This document shows, piece by piece, positions 12,150 to 24,407 of a DNA stretch of 64,000 nt (the first letter of the stretch is position 1; every line of letters begins with the position of its first letter). The stretch lies in NCBI RefSeq assembly GCF_006345805.1, contig NC_043009.1, forward strand, positions 45,198,001 to 45,262,000, read 5' to 3'. The DNA is from Octopus sinensis. Its lineage: Eukaryota. The notes under the pieces are model-generated. The model was not told the DNA's origin and made no database searches. It was given only the letters and a program-made list of their open reading frames with translations. Both the position numbers and the translations under genes were made by a program.

Positions 12150-12745
12150 CTCTCTTCTTTCTTTCTCTCTCTTCTCTCTCTTTGTTGCGTTTGTCCCTCC
12201 TCTCTCTCTCTCTTCCGTTGCTTCTCTTTCTTTTCTTTTCTCTCTTCTCTGTCACGTGACTGCTGGCCGAAATCTGCCTTTCAGCTTCTGACCAGCGTCG
12301 TGTTAACATCGTTGTTTTTCGTCCGCCGCTATAGGCATCGCCGATAAGGCTCCTTTCCTTGCGCCAGAGAAAAAATTTGTTTGCTTGTTATCAGTCGTAA
12401 GACACTTGTTGTTGTTGTTTTCACCGTTAATGCTTCTGTATTTCATGTTTCTGTATTCCATTATTTTTTTTGTTTTTTTATAGTCCCTTTTGCTGTCCTG
12501 GTGTCCGTATGCATTCGATCCTTCTTCCAGGAAATCTACGCACCCAGCTTAGTTTTTCTAATGCTCGTTGCTTAGTTTTTCTTGGAGGGCTGGCCGTGAT
12601 CTAGTATCTCAAGATTATCAGCCGAAATTACTACGATGATCCGGTTCTTGACTGAAGACTGAGGGTTTCGAATGTCCTGTCCGTGTTTATTGTATCGTCT
12701 TCTTGAGTTATACGTTCTTGTCCATGTTGTATTTTTCTACATACC
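12150..12745 (+). mobile_element. Unclassified ~600-bp pyrimidine-rich insertion inside the SINE microsatellite (possible Penelope-like pLTR/3' UTR relic)
   Basis: Sits between the two halves of one SINE, is bounded by (TA)n, has strong C/T strand bias and a CTGAAGA...GAATGTC motif at 12652-12676. Confidence 0.45.
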
Positions 12746-12787
<42 letters not shown>

Positions 12788-12789
12788 TG

Positions 12790-13006
12790 TGTGTGTATCA
12801 GTGTTTGTCCCCCATCACTGCTTGACAATCAGTACTGGCATGTTTACGTCCCTGAAACTTAGCGGTTTGTCAAAAAAGACCTATAGAATAAGTATTAGGT
12901 TGTAAAAAATGTCCTGGGTTCGACCAAAGAAAAAAAAACCTTCAAAGCGGTGATCCAGTATGGGCGCAGTCAAATGACTGAAACAAGTAAAAGAATAAAA
13001 GAATAA
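12790..13006 (+). mobile_element. SINE tail 1 (3' half of the split copy)
   Basis: GCTTGACAA...TTTACGTCCC...CTTAGCGG...GACTGAAACAAGTAAAAGAATAAAAGAATA. Confidence 0.8.
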
Positions 13007-13664
13007 AAAACTGCACTTTTAACCTTCATTTCCAGTCAATAATTAACCATACCTTTCTTTTATCAAAAGTAAACATCAAGATAACTCTTTTGGAGTTTAT
13101 GATTTCTGTGTGAATAAACCTGAAGAATATTACAAATTAACATCTTTAGATATTGTTTTCATTGTAAACAGTATTAAACATTATTCCTACGTAAACATTA
13201 ATTCGAGACCGTTAAACGAAAGAAAAACAACTATGAGGCCACAAACAGAATTCTAACCACTTATCTCTCATCATCCGAGCGATAAGAGTACTGATTCCAT
13301 CACATCTGAGGTTATATTCTCTTTTCTATTTATCTCTATGTCTCTGTCTCCAGTTTTAAGTAGAAGTACTGTATCTCTCTACTTTTAATTGTGGCATAAC
13401 AAAAGTTAAAAGCTGACAGACAATTGCATAGCTAATAGACATAGTTGAAAGCAGATAAACATTTTTAATATAATTATGTAGTTTGGCATTAGTAATAGCA
13501 GACAGAGTGGTGCTATGAGATGGCTGGCGAATGATCAATAAAGGAGGTGACAACGGGTGGGTGGGGCGTTAAAAGTTCAGTCAAAATTAGAAATTTGAAT
13601 AGGATATATATATATACATACGCACATATATAACATATATACACACATACACATATATGCGTAC

Positions 13665-13723
<59 letters not shown>

Positions 13724-13746
13724 CACACATACACATATATGCGTAC

Positions 13747-13817
<71 letters not shown>

Positions 13818-14079
13818 AAGGGAGAGACAGAGAGAAATAAAGTGCGAAAGCTATGCTGATTTAATATATTGTTATATGTAACGTGATATCCTGGCAAACA
13901 ATAGTTATGTCGTTTGGTTTCCATATTTTGCTTATTTTCGACCTTAAATTTATGTTTATCATTAGGTTTAGTATCGTATAATACTAGGTCTATTGAACGG
14001 ATCTGTCTATGAACGGATGTGTCTGGGCTGAGCTGTGCAATCACCAATAGATATTTCACCAGTGAAACCGACTGAATCC

Positions 14080-14925
14080 CCGCGGAACTAGTATCAGACT
14101 TTTAGTTGAGACTGAGTCATTATGACCATCTGTATATTTGATAGGAACACAGTGATAAACAGTGTGAATTAGTTTAATTAGTTCAGTATTTAAATGTTGA
14201 TTAGCTCAACATTTAAGTGTCGATTAGATCGACATTTTGCTCGTATTTATTATTTGGTTAAACCCAATAAAGTTTGCTGGATTAAAAGTCATTTAAATTA
14301 AAATTGTCCTACTGGTGAGCGATATTGGAAGTTACACACATTTTCAAGCGATGTCTGTTAATTGCAGTGCAAAATAGCATCTGATTGCTTGGCACGATTC
14401 CCATCATTTTGCCAGTAGTTTCTATGGAAGCCCCGTTTAACTTGATTTTCAATAGAATGGAATGGGGTTGTTTTGGTTTGGAAAATGTCATTATTTTCCA
14501 AAATGGTACAAACGTCTCGAAGCATAAATTTGGATTCCCGGTCTGAATGGATTGAAGCTGCAATACCAAATATGAAAAATGTATTTTCAAGTCTGAGTAT
14601 TTCTGTAGAAGCCGACATTTCTGAATATGCAAACTGAATAGAAAACATTGAGCGTTCATCTTTTACTATAAAGATATATCACTAAGAGTTATAATATGGC
14701 AGAATACCAATGAAGTCGATACTGTGACGATACTGTAACGATATTGTGATTGTAGTAACGTGATAAATTGTGCATGGTGAAAATTATAGAATCAGTGCTT
14801 AAATTCTAATCATGCAATTCACTTGTCTCAAGTCTCTCTTTAAAATCTTACAAAGAGAATGGCAAGTCCTTAGATCTGAATTAGTAGTCTTATTTAGTCA
14901 CGCCAGGATGGTATAAAAGTTTATG
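14080..14925 (-). pseudogene. Gypsy integrase remnant
   Basis: HKLLYHPGVTK (HHCC remnant); IDFIGILP; YIFIVKDERSMF...LENTFFIFGIAASIHSDRESKF...TKTTPFH; LFCTAIN; VELIN; IKYTDGHNDSVSTKSL. Many stops and frameshifts. Confidence 0.85.
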
Positions 14926-14959
14926 TAAATATATGATTACAGGAGATATTATAATGAAG

Positions 14960-15300
14960 TATTTAGTCAATAGCAGCAGCAGGGCTATTGCTGTTTTTGC
15001 TCTGATTGTGTAGAATATCATATTTGTAGGTCAATAATTCCACCATAAACGAAGAATCTTCTTGCTCATTATTTGATATCTAATTTTGTAACTAAACATG
15101 ATAAAGGTTACTTGCTGATTAGTGTTTAATGTGAAATGAACTACAGGTAAAAGATAACAAAAGATTTGTCATTTCCTAACACCTTTTATGAGTGGAAGAT
15201 TTTATTCAGAAGAAGGAATTCTGGAGAAGGAAGTGACAAGTTTATTACACTGTGAAGGAACGCCGAGGACTGTAGTTCCAGAACCACAAGCTTTAACATG
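14960..15300 (-). pseudogene. Gypsy RNase H remnant
   Basis: VKACGSGTTVLGVPSQCNKLVTSFSR (cf. VETDAS...SQ.GRPVAFFSR); GVRK*; HFTLNTNQ; KILR..VELLTYKYDI. Confidence 0.75.
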
Positions 15301-15454
15301 TAGTAGAACTTCAGATAAGACAGGTGAGAGAAAGAGAGAGAGAGAGAGGGGGGAGAGAAAGGGAAAGAGATGAAGAGAAAGCGAGAGAAATGAAGAGCGA
15401 GAGGAAGGGAAAGAGGAAGAACGAGAAAGAAGAAAGATGGATAAATAGACAGGT

Positions 15455-15494
15455 AGATAGATAGATATATAGATAGATAGATAGAGAGATAGAG

Positions 15495-15592
<98 letters not shown>
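15455..15592. repeat. (GATA)n/(GA)n microsatellite inside the Gypsy relic
   Basis: Direct reading. Confidence 0.9.
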
Positions 15593-15593
<1 letters not shown>

Positions 15594-15956
15594 TTAACTA
15601 CTAAAGTTTTGGATTGATGAATAGCATCATTCTTTGCACTGGAAGGTTAAGATTTAGTAGAAGTTGTATTAATTCTGCGAGAGGATTCATCCATTTGAAG
15701 AAACTAAACAACTACAACTTAAAACGGTTAGACTCGAACAGAAAATTGTCCGGTAATTGCCATTTGGATGGAAATTTTGTTTCCACTATAAAACACTATA
15801 TTGCTAGGTTCGTACCACCCCCTTGAGATCCAACTATACTCTTGCTGAAAAATGTAGAATATCTCATAAGTAATATAAACCTCCTAAATTCAGCGGCGGC
15901 GTTAATGAAGATGTTACGCGTTAATTTAATATGTTAAACTTATCTTTATTAATGTA

Positions 15957-17236
15957 TTTTGTCGTCAAGTAGGAAATTTGTAGAAAAGAAAAAATGTTTG
16001 CTAATGTTTTATAAATACAAGGAATAGTTTTATTCATCAAAATATGCACCCATATTGTCAATACACTTTTGCCAGTTCAGCGCGGAACTTTAAAAACTTG
16101 GCAATCTAGAGTCAATAAAATCTTGGAAGGCCTCTTTTACAGTATCGTCGGAATTAAATATTTTTCCTATCAAAAGTTATCCAAATTCTGGAAGATGTGG
16201 TAGTCAGTAGGAACAAGATCAGGTGAGTATGGTGGATGATGGAGAACTTCCAACTCCAACTCCTGTAGTTTCGTCAATGTAATTTTTGCGATGTGTGGTC
16301 TGGCGTTGTCTTACAATAAAGTAGGAGTGGATCTGTTGACTAATCTAGGTTGCTTTTTTTGTTTCTGCATCATTTGGTCCAGCTAGCTGCAGTATATTTC
16401 GGCCGTTATTGATGAGCCAGGTTTAATGAAATCTTAATAGATCACACCTGCGCCAGACCACAAAATACTCACCACCAAGCACACATCATCAGCTTCTTTT
16501 GATGAATTTTGCTTTCTGGACTGTGTTTTTGTGGCTCGTCTTTGTCCAACCATTGTGCTGAATGTTTACGGTTGTTGTATTGGATCCATTTCTCATCACA
16601 TGTTACAATTCGATTAAAAAATGATTCATTTTTGTGACGAGAAAGTAGCATAATGCAGGCTTCCAAACGTTGCTATTTCTGATTTTCATTGAGATCATGT
16701 GGAACCCACTTATCCAACTTTTTCACTTTACCTATTTGAACTACGTAAGTCAATATTGTTTGCTTGCTAACACGAAGTAACAACTACAATTTACGGGCAC
16801 TTTGAGATGGATCTGACTCGACGGTGGCTTTCAGTTCGTCATTGCTCACCTTTGTTTCTGGTCGACTGCATTGCTCGTTTGTGAGATCAAAGTTACCAGA
16901 ACGAAAGTTTGCAAACCAATTTGATACTGTCTGCTGTGTAATAACATTAGAATGAAATACTCCATTAATATTATGAGCTGCCTGTGGTGCTGTATTTCCA
17001 AGAAAGAACTCATATTTCAAAACTGTACGAATTCCCGACTTATCCATCTCTAAACAAAAATAGCAAAGAAGATTTATAAATACTTTATAAAGCGCAAAAT
17101 GAGTTAGAATAAAGAAATAGATGTATCAGCTTTCTAACGAAAAATAAAGATTGTCAAAATATAATAATGGCGCAAAATGAGCAGCTGTCAAAGTTTACCA
17201 GATACCTTGCTACAAATTTCATACTTGACGACCTAA
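15957..17236 (-). mobile_element. Full-length (1280 bp) inactive mariner transposon with TIRs and TA target duplication
   Basis: TIRs TTTTGTCGTCAAGTAGGAAATTTGTAG (15957-83) and CTACAAATTTCATACTTGACGACCTAA (17210-36); TA on both flanks. Transposase fragments: MDKSGIRTVLKYEF...HTH (16784-17047), RIVTCDEKWIQY (16469-16666), HPPYSPDLVPTDYHIF (~16190-16238). TTAGGT terminus suggests a cecropia/Hsmar1-like subfamily (inference). Confidence 0.95.
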
Positions 17237-17289
17237 TATATCGAATTCTACATAGATATATGCAAAATCTACACAAATATAGGCGTTAG

Positions 17290-18545
17290 AACTTGTGAAC
17301 CGCCAGCGGACCTTTTTCTTTGCAAATTTTTGCTCGTCGCACTAAAAAGCTTCCCTACCCCTATTGTAGTTGTTTGACATTGCTAGACATTGAGTAATCA
17401 ACGAGGTGTTTCAACCTTTATGGGTCAGGTTTCAAGGAAATTACTCTTTACATTATATCGTTGGTAACAAATAAATATTTGACAGAAGAGACATTTGATA
17501 TTGTTTAAGGTAATGTTTAGTCTTTTGGGACTATAAGTAAACGTGACCAAACATTCGCCATACTCCCTTAGTAGTTTTATAGACGACTACAATGTCGCCA
17601 AGATAGGCGTTAAACGCCTTTGATGTCATTATCTGAAATTATGCTTACCACCATCATTTGGAAAGCACTTACCGTAATATTTACACCAAAAACTAATCTC
17701 GTTAATCTGAATAAACATTCCGCCAGCTTGAAAAGCTGTGTATTATCTTTTTTTTTTTTGTAGTTTCAAAGCTGATATATAGATTTTATTGGAGGAAATC
17801 GAGCACGCGAGAAACTATAATATGAGAAGGATAGTCAACTAGATTGGTGTAACAATTTATCCTTTGCGAAGTGTCGATAACAAGTTTTTTGCCACCGTTT
17901 CAAATTACTACAACGTGTTCTTATTGCCTCCACATTTACTGTTCTTGCTATCATATATATTCTTCCTTCTATCAATCATTCTCGCCACATGTGGGAGCCA
18001 ATGGTGCCATCGTCAAGGATACGTTTAGTCTCGTTCTAAATGAGGATTTCACAATGTGTAGGGAAGCGATGAGATATAGCAGCTATTACTTTCAAATCAA
18101 TGTATAATTGTGAAGAAATAGGAGGAGGATGACACCAATAGATCCAGACAATGAGTTATTTCAAATAAAGATAACGAGACAGTGTGTTTAGATTGAGTTT
18201 CCAGGCTAATTCCAAGACACTCGCGAGATCTTGAGTGTGAAGCAATTTTGCAGTTTATGAAACTAATTCTGTTGTGTCTGGGGAGAGTCATTTTCTTTTT
18301 GTGCCTTATAATATAACACACTCACCGGTAAAATTTCCACTTTTTTCTTATTTTTATTCTCCTAAAATATTCGTTGCGTCTTGCAACCTTTTCACGGTAA
18401 GTGTGTTATATTATAAGGCACAAAAAGAAAATGACTCTCTCCAGACACAACAGAATATGCTTCAACACACGAACTCATATAAAGAATCTTGCAAACCAAA
18501 AACGAAATGAAACTAATTGTTATACGTAAATCAATCAACGCTTCG
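17290..18545 (-). pseudogene. Gypsy protease + reverse transcriptase remnant
   Basis: IEALIDLRITISFI (degenerate protease active-site region); PPPISSQLYIDLKVIA; ETKRILDDGTIGS; KKLVIDTSQRINCYT; TAFQAGG; TRLVFGVNITVSAFQ; AYLGDIVV (degenerate YxDD); LNNIKCLF; LKPDP*RL. Confidence 0.85.
18266..18456. repeat. Near-perfect ~68-bp-arm inverted repeat (hairpin/MITE-like) inserted in the Gypsy protease
   Basis: 18266-18333 is the reverse complement of 18389-18456 with only a few mismatches; spacer ~55 bp. Confidence 0.9.
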
Positions 18546-19024
18546 ATATATTGGCTAGCCTCGTGTATATCGAGAGTAGTTTATAAAGTGAATTTCTTTA
18601 ATGTTCATTTGATGTAGTGAGAGTAATAAAGGCTGATGCTATGAGATGTTTTGAGAGCTCACGAGAGTCTATTGTATATCCTAAATGAAGGCAACCCTGA
18701 AGCTTCTTTATTATACAAGTTTCGGGTCCATGTGGAAGAATGTACTCAACAAGTACTACGAAGAAGGCCAGTTTTGTTGACTTTGAAATATGCCATGTGA
18801 ATTGACCTAGAGATAAAGAGACAACAACAACAACAACAGTTACAATTATTTTAACTTAAGTGTTAAGCTACCTAGTCCCAAGAAGCTATTATTGTAGGTT
18901 AATGGTCTGGCATGAGAGCCGCTGTTATCGGTTGGTAGAACTACAGACAACCTGCTGGCAAACCTGTTGTGGTTTCTACTCTGTAACAAATTTTGTAGCT
19001 GCATCCTTCCACAAGATTTTAACA

Positions 19025-19320
19025 GTGGAGGCATATGGCCTAGTGGTTAGAGCAGCGGACTCGCGGGTTCGAATCTCAGACCGGGCGATGTGTGTGTATT
19101 TATGAGCGAAACACCTAAGCTCCACGCGGCTCCGGCAGAAAGTAATGGCGAACTTCTGCTGACTCTTTCGCCACAACTTTCTCTCACTCTGTCCTCCTGC
19201 ATCTTGCAGCTCACCTGCGACGGACGAGCGTCCCGTCTAGGTGGGGAACCTATACGCCAAGGAAACCGGGAAATCGGCCCTTATGAGCCAGGCATGGCTC
19301 GAGAAGGAACAAACAACAAA
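19025..19320 (+). mobile_element. tRNA-derived SINE (head B + tail 3)
   Basis: A-box TGGCCTAGTGG and B-box GGTTCGAATC; head shared with 25661 and 54442, but a different tail ending GAGAAGGAACAAACAACAAA. Confidence 0.85.
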
Positions 19321-19789
19321 ATTTTAACGACGATGTTGCCCACCAAAAAGTTGTTTTCATGTAGCCTACGGTTAGCACCGGCTGAGCAGACCTATTATCG
19401 ACGGTGTTTCATCAATGATCATCTCGTCTGTTGTTTAGGTATAATATACATAATATACCCAATATATCTTTTTATTTTAAGAGGATAGGTTATAGTTTGC
19501 GTGTGATATCACTGATATTTCTAACAGTTCAAATACCCAGATAGCCAGGTAGAAGTTCTCATTAGACATTTCCATTGACAAACCAATGAAAACACATAAA
19601 TGTGCTCTCTTGCCTGCGAGAAATAACGGTTAAATTTATCTCAGTTTACACGTTACTGTCTTTTATAAAAACGAGAAGGACATAGTGTTGACTAAGATAA
19701 AAATTTCTGGAAAATATGGGCTGTTCATGACTCTAATGCCTGTCATCTTTGGCTTGCTTGATGAAGGTCAACCTAAGGCTAAACAATGT

Positions 19790-19849
19790 CAGCAACAGCA
19801 ACAACAACAACAACAGCAGTAGCAGCAGCAGCAGCAACAACAACAACAA

Positions 19850-19881
<32 letters not shown>

Positions 19882-19885
19882 ACAA
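19790..19885. repeat. (CAA/CAG)n microsatellite
   Basis: Direct reading; source of the poly-N/S/T/A ORFs. Confidence 0.9.
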
Positions 19886-20392
19886 CTTCTTTTATAGAAT
19901 ATATAGCAGAAAGTATGTATACGTTTCTACAAAGATATACATACAGCTTTGTACACGCACCCACGAAAGTTCAAATACCTTGTCTACATATATTATTCTC
20001 CGGAAATTGGACAGTTGGCATGGAGATAAAATAAATAACACTCAAGTAAACAAACAAGATAATATGCACACACCCACACACACACTCATATATACACACA
20101 TATATATATTTATACAAACATACATGTATTTACATGTGTATATTTATATATGTATACACACACACACACACACACACGAGCAAAGAACATACACGTTATA
20201 TACGTATAATGAATAACTTGAGAGATATTATCGAATTTTCTTAGATAGTATTAGGCAGTGATGGTGGTGGGGGAAATATTTGTCTCCAGAAAATAAAAAT
20301 GCTCTCACCATCACCACCAACATCAACACTGCTGCCTCCACCCCCAACAACATCAACAACTGCATTCTCTGTTTTCTGTCTCGTTGGCTTTT

Positions 20393-20445
<53 letters not shown>

Positions 20446-21574
20446 ATATATATATATTAGTATGTATGTACGCACACACGGACATGCTTGTTTACTTAAA
20501 CACACACGTGTACACACGCACACACACACGCACACATACACACACACACACACATATCGCTGATGCATCTGCTCAGCACAAGGGCCTAATAAGTTATGTT
20601 AGTCCTCTTGGAGGCAAATATGAAAAAGAAATACAACGAATACGATAGAGAAAGGGAAAAAACGAAGAAACAAAGGAAGACCAAAAGCAAAAAGAAACAA
20701 ACAAATACTGTTTCGATGAAACTAAATAACGAACTAAACTGGTAAGGATGGTACACTTGATAAGGAGCCAATTATAATGACTTCGCATATAAACATCCGC
20801 CATCTTGAATTGTTGCAGTAAAGCTACGATATTTAGTTACAAATATACAATATAGAACATGAAAATCAGATTGATGGAAAGGAGCAAAAATAGGATAAAC
20901 AGCTATTTTAAATTTGAAATGTCTATTCTTTTGTTTCATTTCATTTACTCCCCCAAGGAATTCTTTTGTTTGCTTGTGAAATCTCTATAAGGTTCTTGAA
21001 TTTTCTATTTTGAAAACGAAATTTAGAAACAAAGTGCGCTAAATATAATTTCTTATAAGTTGTTTCATTATTTTATTATTTCATTTTAGTTTATGAAGAA
21101 ATCTTAAACAAAAACGTTATATTACACTTGAAAAATAAAATAAAACGCAATTTCTTGTAGACAGGTAGAAAAATCTTAGTGGGAGATGTTGAGTGTAATA
21201 AATATCATGATAATATGAGGTGTTGATGGGTTTGTAGGAAAGCAACATGCTAAGTAGTGGGTTGAGATAAAACATAGATCACCAGATAAAAACGTCTTAC
21301 AAATTAAAAGCAGTCAGGAATAAATTCCGTTAGTCTCCTTCGGTATCTAAATGCGAAGTTTCGAGAAGCTAGAATTATTACTGCATTTATTAAACCCCTC
21401 GTTAAATATATAGTATTCCCACTCATTTTTTTAAAGTCGCATACTGTAACTCTTCAAAACGTATTTAGAAAATTTGTGTTGTTACTGTTGTTTTTACTCT
21501 CAGGTCGGCACTGATGCAGCAGACCAATAACTACAAATGTTTCCCACCCTGGACATCTCACTTTTAATTCTTAC

Positions 21575-21717
21575 GCAGGCGTGGTTGTGGTAAGATGTTT
21601 GCTTCCTAACCACATGGTTTCAGTCCCATTGTGTGGCATCATGAGCAAGTGTTTTCAACTATAACCTCGGGAAGGCCAAAATCTACTAAGGTAGACGGAA
21701 ACAGAAGGAAGCCTGTC

Positions 21718-21801
<84 letters not shown>

Positions 21802-21985
21802 ATATACATATATATGATATATATGTGTGTGTATTTGTGGCTACATACATACATACATTCATACATACATACATACATACATACATACATAGAAAATGTC
21901 ATGTTGATGTTGTCGAAATTCCAATGAAAGAACCTTGGATCTAGGTTAGAAACATGCTTTTTTTCTACTGGTTTCTGGGTCATTT
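21575..21985 (+). mobile_element. SINE head A + microsatellite + alternative tail (GAACCTTGGATCTAGGTTAGAAAC)
   Basis: Head matches the family; the sequence after the (TA)/(CATA) run differs from tail 1. Confidence 0.65.
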
Positions 21986-22109
21986 ATTTTCATCAGCACA
22001 GGAAGACCGTTGGCTCGAGATGGCAGCACTAGGTCTTGCTCGAGATATATACTTTTAAAGTGACACACAGGCTCTGATCTCGAAAAGAGGAAAGCACTGA
22101 GTTTTAAAT

Positions 22110-22539
22110 CTCTGAGCGAGATGTAATTAGGAAAATAGTACTACAGAGTAAAACTTTCCTGGGGCTAAAAACAGGTAGTAACATCATCATAAGCAGGGTT
22201 GCCGATTTACGTTGGCAAATAGATTTTACTCTGTAGTTGTGTTTTCCTCTTTACGAGATTAGTGACTGTGTGTTACTTTAAATGTATATACCTCTGTGCC
22301 GATGAAACGAAACAACCCAGAAACCATGGTCCGCAGGTACCGTTTGAGGCTGAATGGGGACATTAGCTCTCTTGTTCGGGGTATAAGAACGCAGTTGTGT
22401 GTCAGTAGCTAGCTGGAAAAGTTGTTTTCCCGAGGCTAAAAAAAAATGGTAGTAACAACGTTCTAAGAAGGACTGCCATTTTACTTTGGCAAATAAATTT
22501 TACTCTTTAGTACTGTTACTACTTACTTCTCGCTCAGAG
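22110..22539. mobile_element. MITE of the TAAATCTCT-terminus family with ~45-bp TIRs
   Basis: CTCTGAGCGAGATGTAA...TAGTACTACAGAGTAAAA at left; TTTTACTCTTTAGTACTG...TTACTTCTCGCTCAGAG at right. Confidence 0.8.
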
Positions 22540-22621
22540 TGTATGCGTGTATACGCACACACACACACACACACACGCACAGACACATAAACAGATACAT
22601 ATACACACATATATATGCATC

Positions 22622-22625
<4 letters not shown>

Positions 22626-22694
<69 letters not shown>
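22626..22694. repeat. (TAA)n microsatellite
   Basis: Pure TAA run abutting the LINE fragment. Confidence 0.95.
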
Positions 22695-22695
<1 letters not shown>

Positions 22696-23700
22696 TAAAG
22701 AACAACCTAGGTCCAATGAAAACGCAGTAATGATAGAAAGAGTCAATGTATCTGACAAGCAAAGTGAAATGTTTTATGAACCAGACATAAATATCATGGA
22801 AGATAAAAATCAGATAGATGACGAAAGTCACACTAAAATTGAGTCGACTGAATTAGATTATCTAAAAAATCAAATTGTGATTGAATAGCTGAAACCAGTA
22901 TGAATGAACGTGGCACTTTCCCAAAATTCGCAACTCTAACCGAAGCCTGAAAGTAATTGATAAAATCTGCCTTGACCTTAAAAGTATAATTTCAGCTAAT
23001 GATGTTGACATTACAGAACTCATTCACCTTTATTATGCATCGGCTAAGATCTCAGTGATTCTATGTGTTGAAAGGATTAGAAAACGAAAGCATTCCCAAC
23101 AAAAAGGCTATTTTGCAAGAGAGAATTCAACACCAAATTCTACTACCAACAAAAACACGAACCTTCAAGAAAAAGTATAATACTTGACATCGATACCACT
23201 ATAGTAAGTATCAAGTAAAAGGTACATGCTAAAACTGCTCGCATAGCACGGTATGAAAAGCACACTGAGATCTTCAAGGACAGCAACATGTTTAAAAATA
23301 ATTCAAATCAGTTTTACAGGAAGATAGGTAAAATATCAATTACAATAAAATCTGCCCCATCAAAAGAAATGCAGGAATTTTGGAGTAAAATTTGGGCAGA
23401 AAAAAAAACGCACAACTACAAAACCCCTTGGATTGATAGAATATCTACTGCTTCAGCCTACTTAGAAGAACAAAAGTAGGAGGGTATCAATGTAGAGGAA
23501 TTAACCAAAAATTTATAAATCCATAATCCGCTTAGCATCCATGTATAAAATATTATCAGCTGTCTTGACCAAATATAGTTATAATTTCTTAACAGAAAAG
23601 AAACAAAAAGGATATAAACGTGCGTCCTGTGGTTGCAAAGATAATTTTGGAAGATTGTCTCAAACAATGCAAGAAGTTATCAATAACCTGAATAAACTAT
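22696..23700 (+). pseudogene. R4/Dong-clade LINE ORF fragment (pre-RT region and start of RT)
   Basis: MFKNNSNQFYRKIG...APSKEMQEFWSKIW...HNYKTPWI; MYKILSAVLT; KQKGYKRASCGCKD (cf. EQKGC+RGS.GCKDQL of R4/Dong). Stops and deletions. Confidence 0.75.
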
Positions 23701-23887
23701 AAAAAAGGTGAGATCCTATGTAGCATTAGTTTCGAGTTTGTGATTGCAAATCATATCTCCTCAACGGTAGGTTTTGGCATTTCTGATTGCTATAGTAGAT
23801 CACTCTCAATGCCAGTAAATCAAATGACAGAATTGAATGAAACGGGTTTTATGTACATAGATACACACATGTATGTATATACATATA

Positions 23888-24158
23888 TCATGTGATCGAC
23901 GGGACAATCGGATTGTGTTATACATCGCTGGTCACAATGCGTCTTGCAGCATTTTGTCTGCCTTGGCGAGCAGCTTATCATATTCTCCTGACTCTGATCG
24001 GAAGACTAATCAGTCATCCGGTTACCCATTTACAGTGAGTGGACAGGAGTAAAGTGAAATGAAGGGTTTCGCATAAGAAAACAACGCATCGCTCGGTCCA
24101 GGAATCGAACCTGGACAGTCTAATGAAACAGTCTAACCATTAGTCCACGCGCCTTCAA
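23888..24158 (-). mobile_element. tRNA-derived SINE (head C + CORE-like + tail 2)
   Basis: Reverse complement: GAAGGCGCGTGGACTAATGGTTAG...GGTTCGATTCC; the tail CATTGTGACCAGCGATG is shared with 25661 and 54442. Confidence 0.75.
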
Positions 24159-24203
24159 ATATACATATATACATATACACATGTACGTATACATACATAC
24201 ATA

Positions 24204-24248
<45 letters not shown>

Positions 24249-24407
24249 TATACATGCTTGTGTATATATAATATATATATATATATATACAAAGAGCAAT
24301 AAAGATTCAAGTTAATTTAAAAAATTTACTTGAATATGGTACCTAACTTAGATGCACAAAAAAAAACTATACTGATTTAACAATACAGTAATGTGGGGTG
24401 ATTATAA

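Larger units (their letters stand above)
14080..18545 (-). mobile_element. Decayed Ty3/Gypsy LTR retrotransposon pol (PR-RT-RH-IN order) with nested insertions
   Basis: Hand translation of the minus strand gives collinear degenerate protease, RT, RNase H and integrase motifs in Gypsy order (see sub-features). LTRs not identified. Confidence 0.85.

Noticed and set aside
19025-19090. tRNA-like sequences (also 54660-54738, 25900-25968, 41060-41126, 63841-63915)
   Set aside because: All continue into SINE bodies and lack a complete cloverleaf or terminator; not called as tRNA genes.
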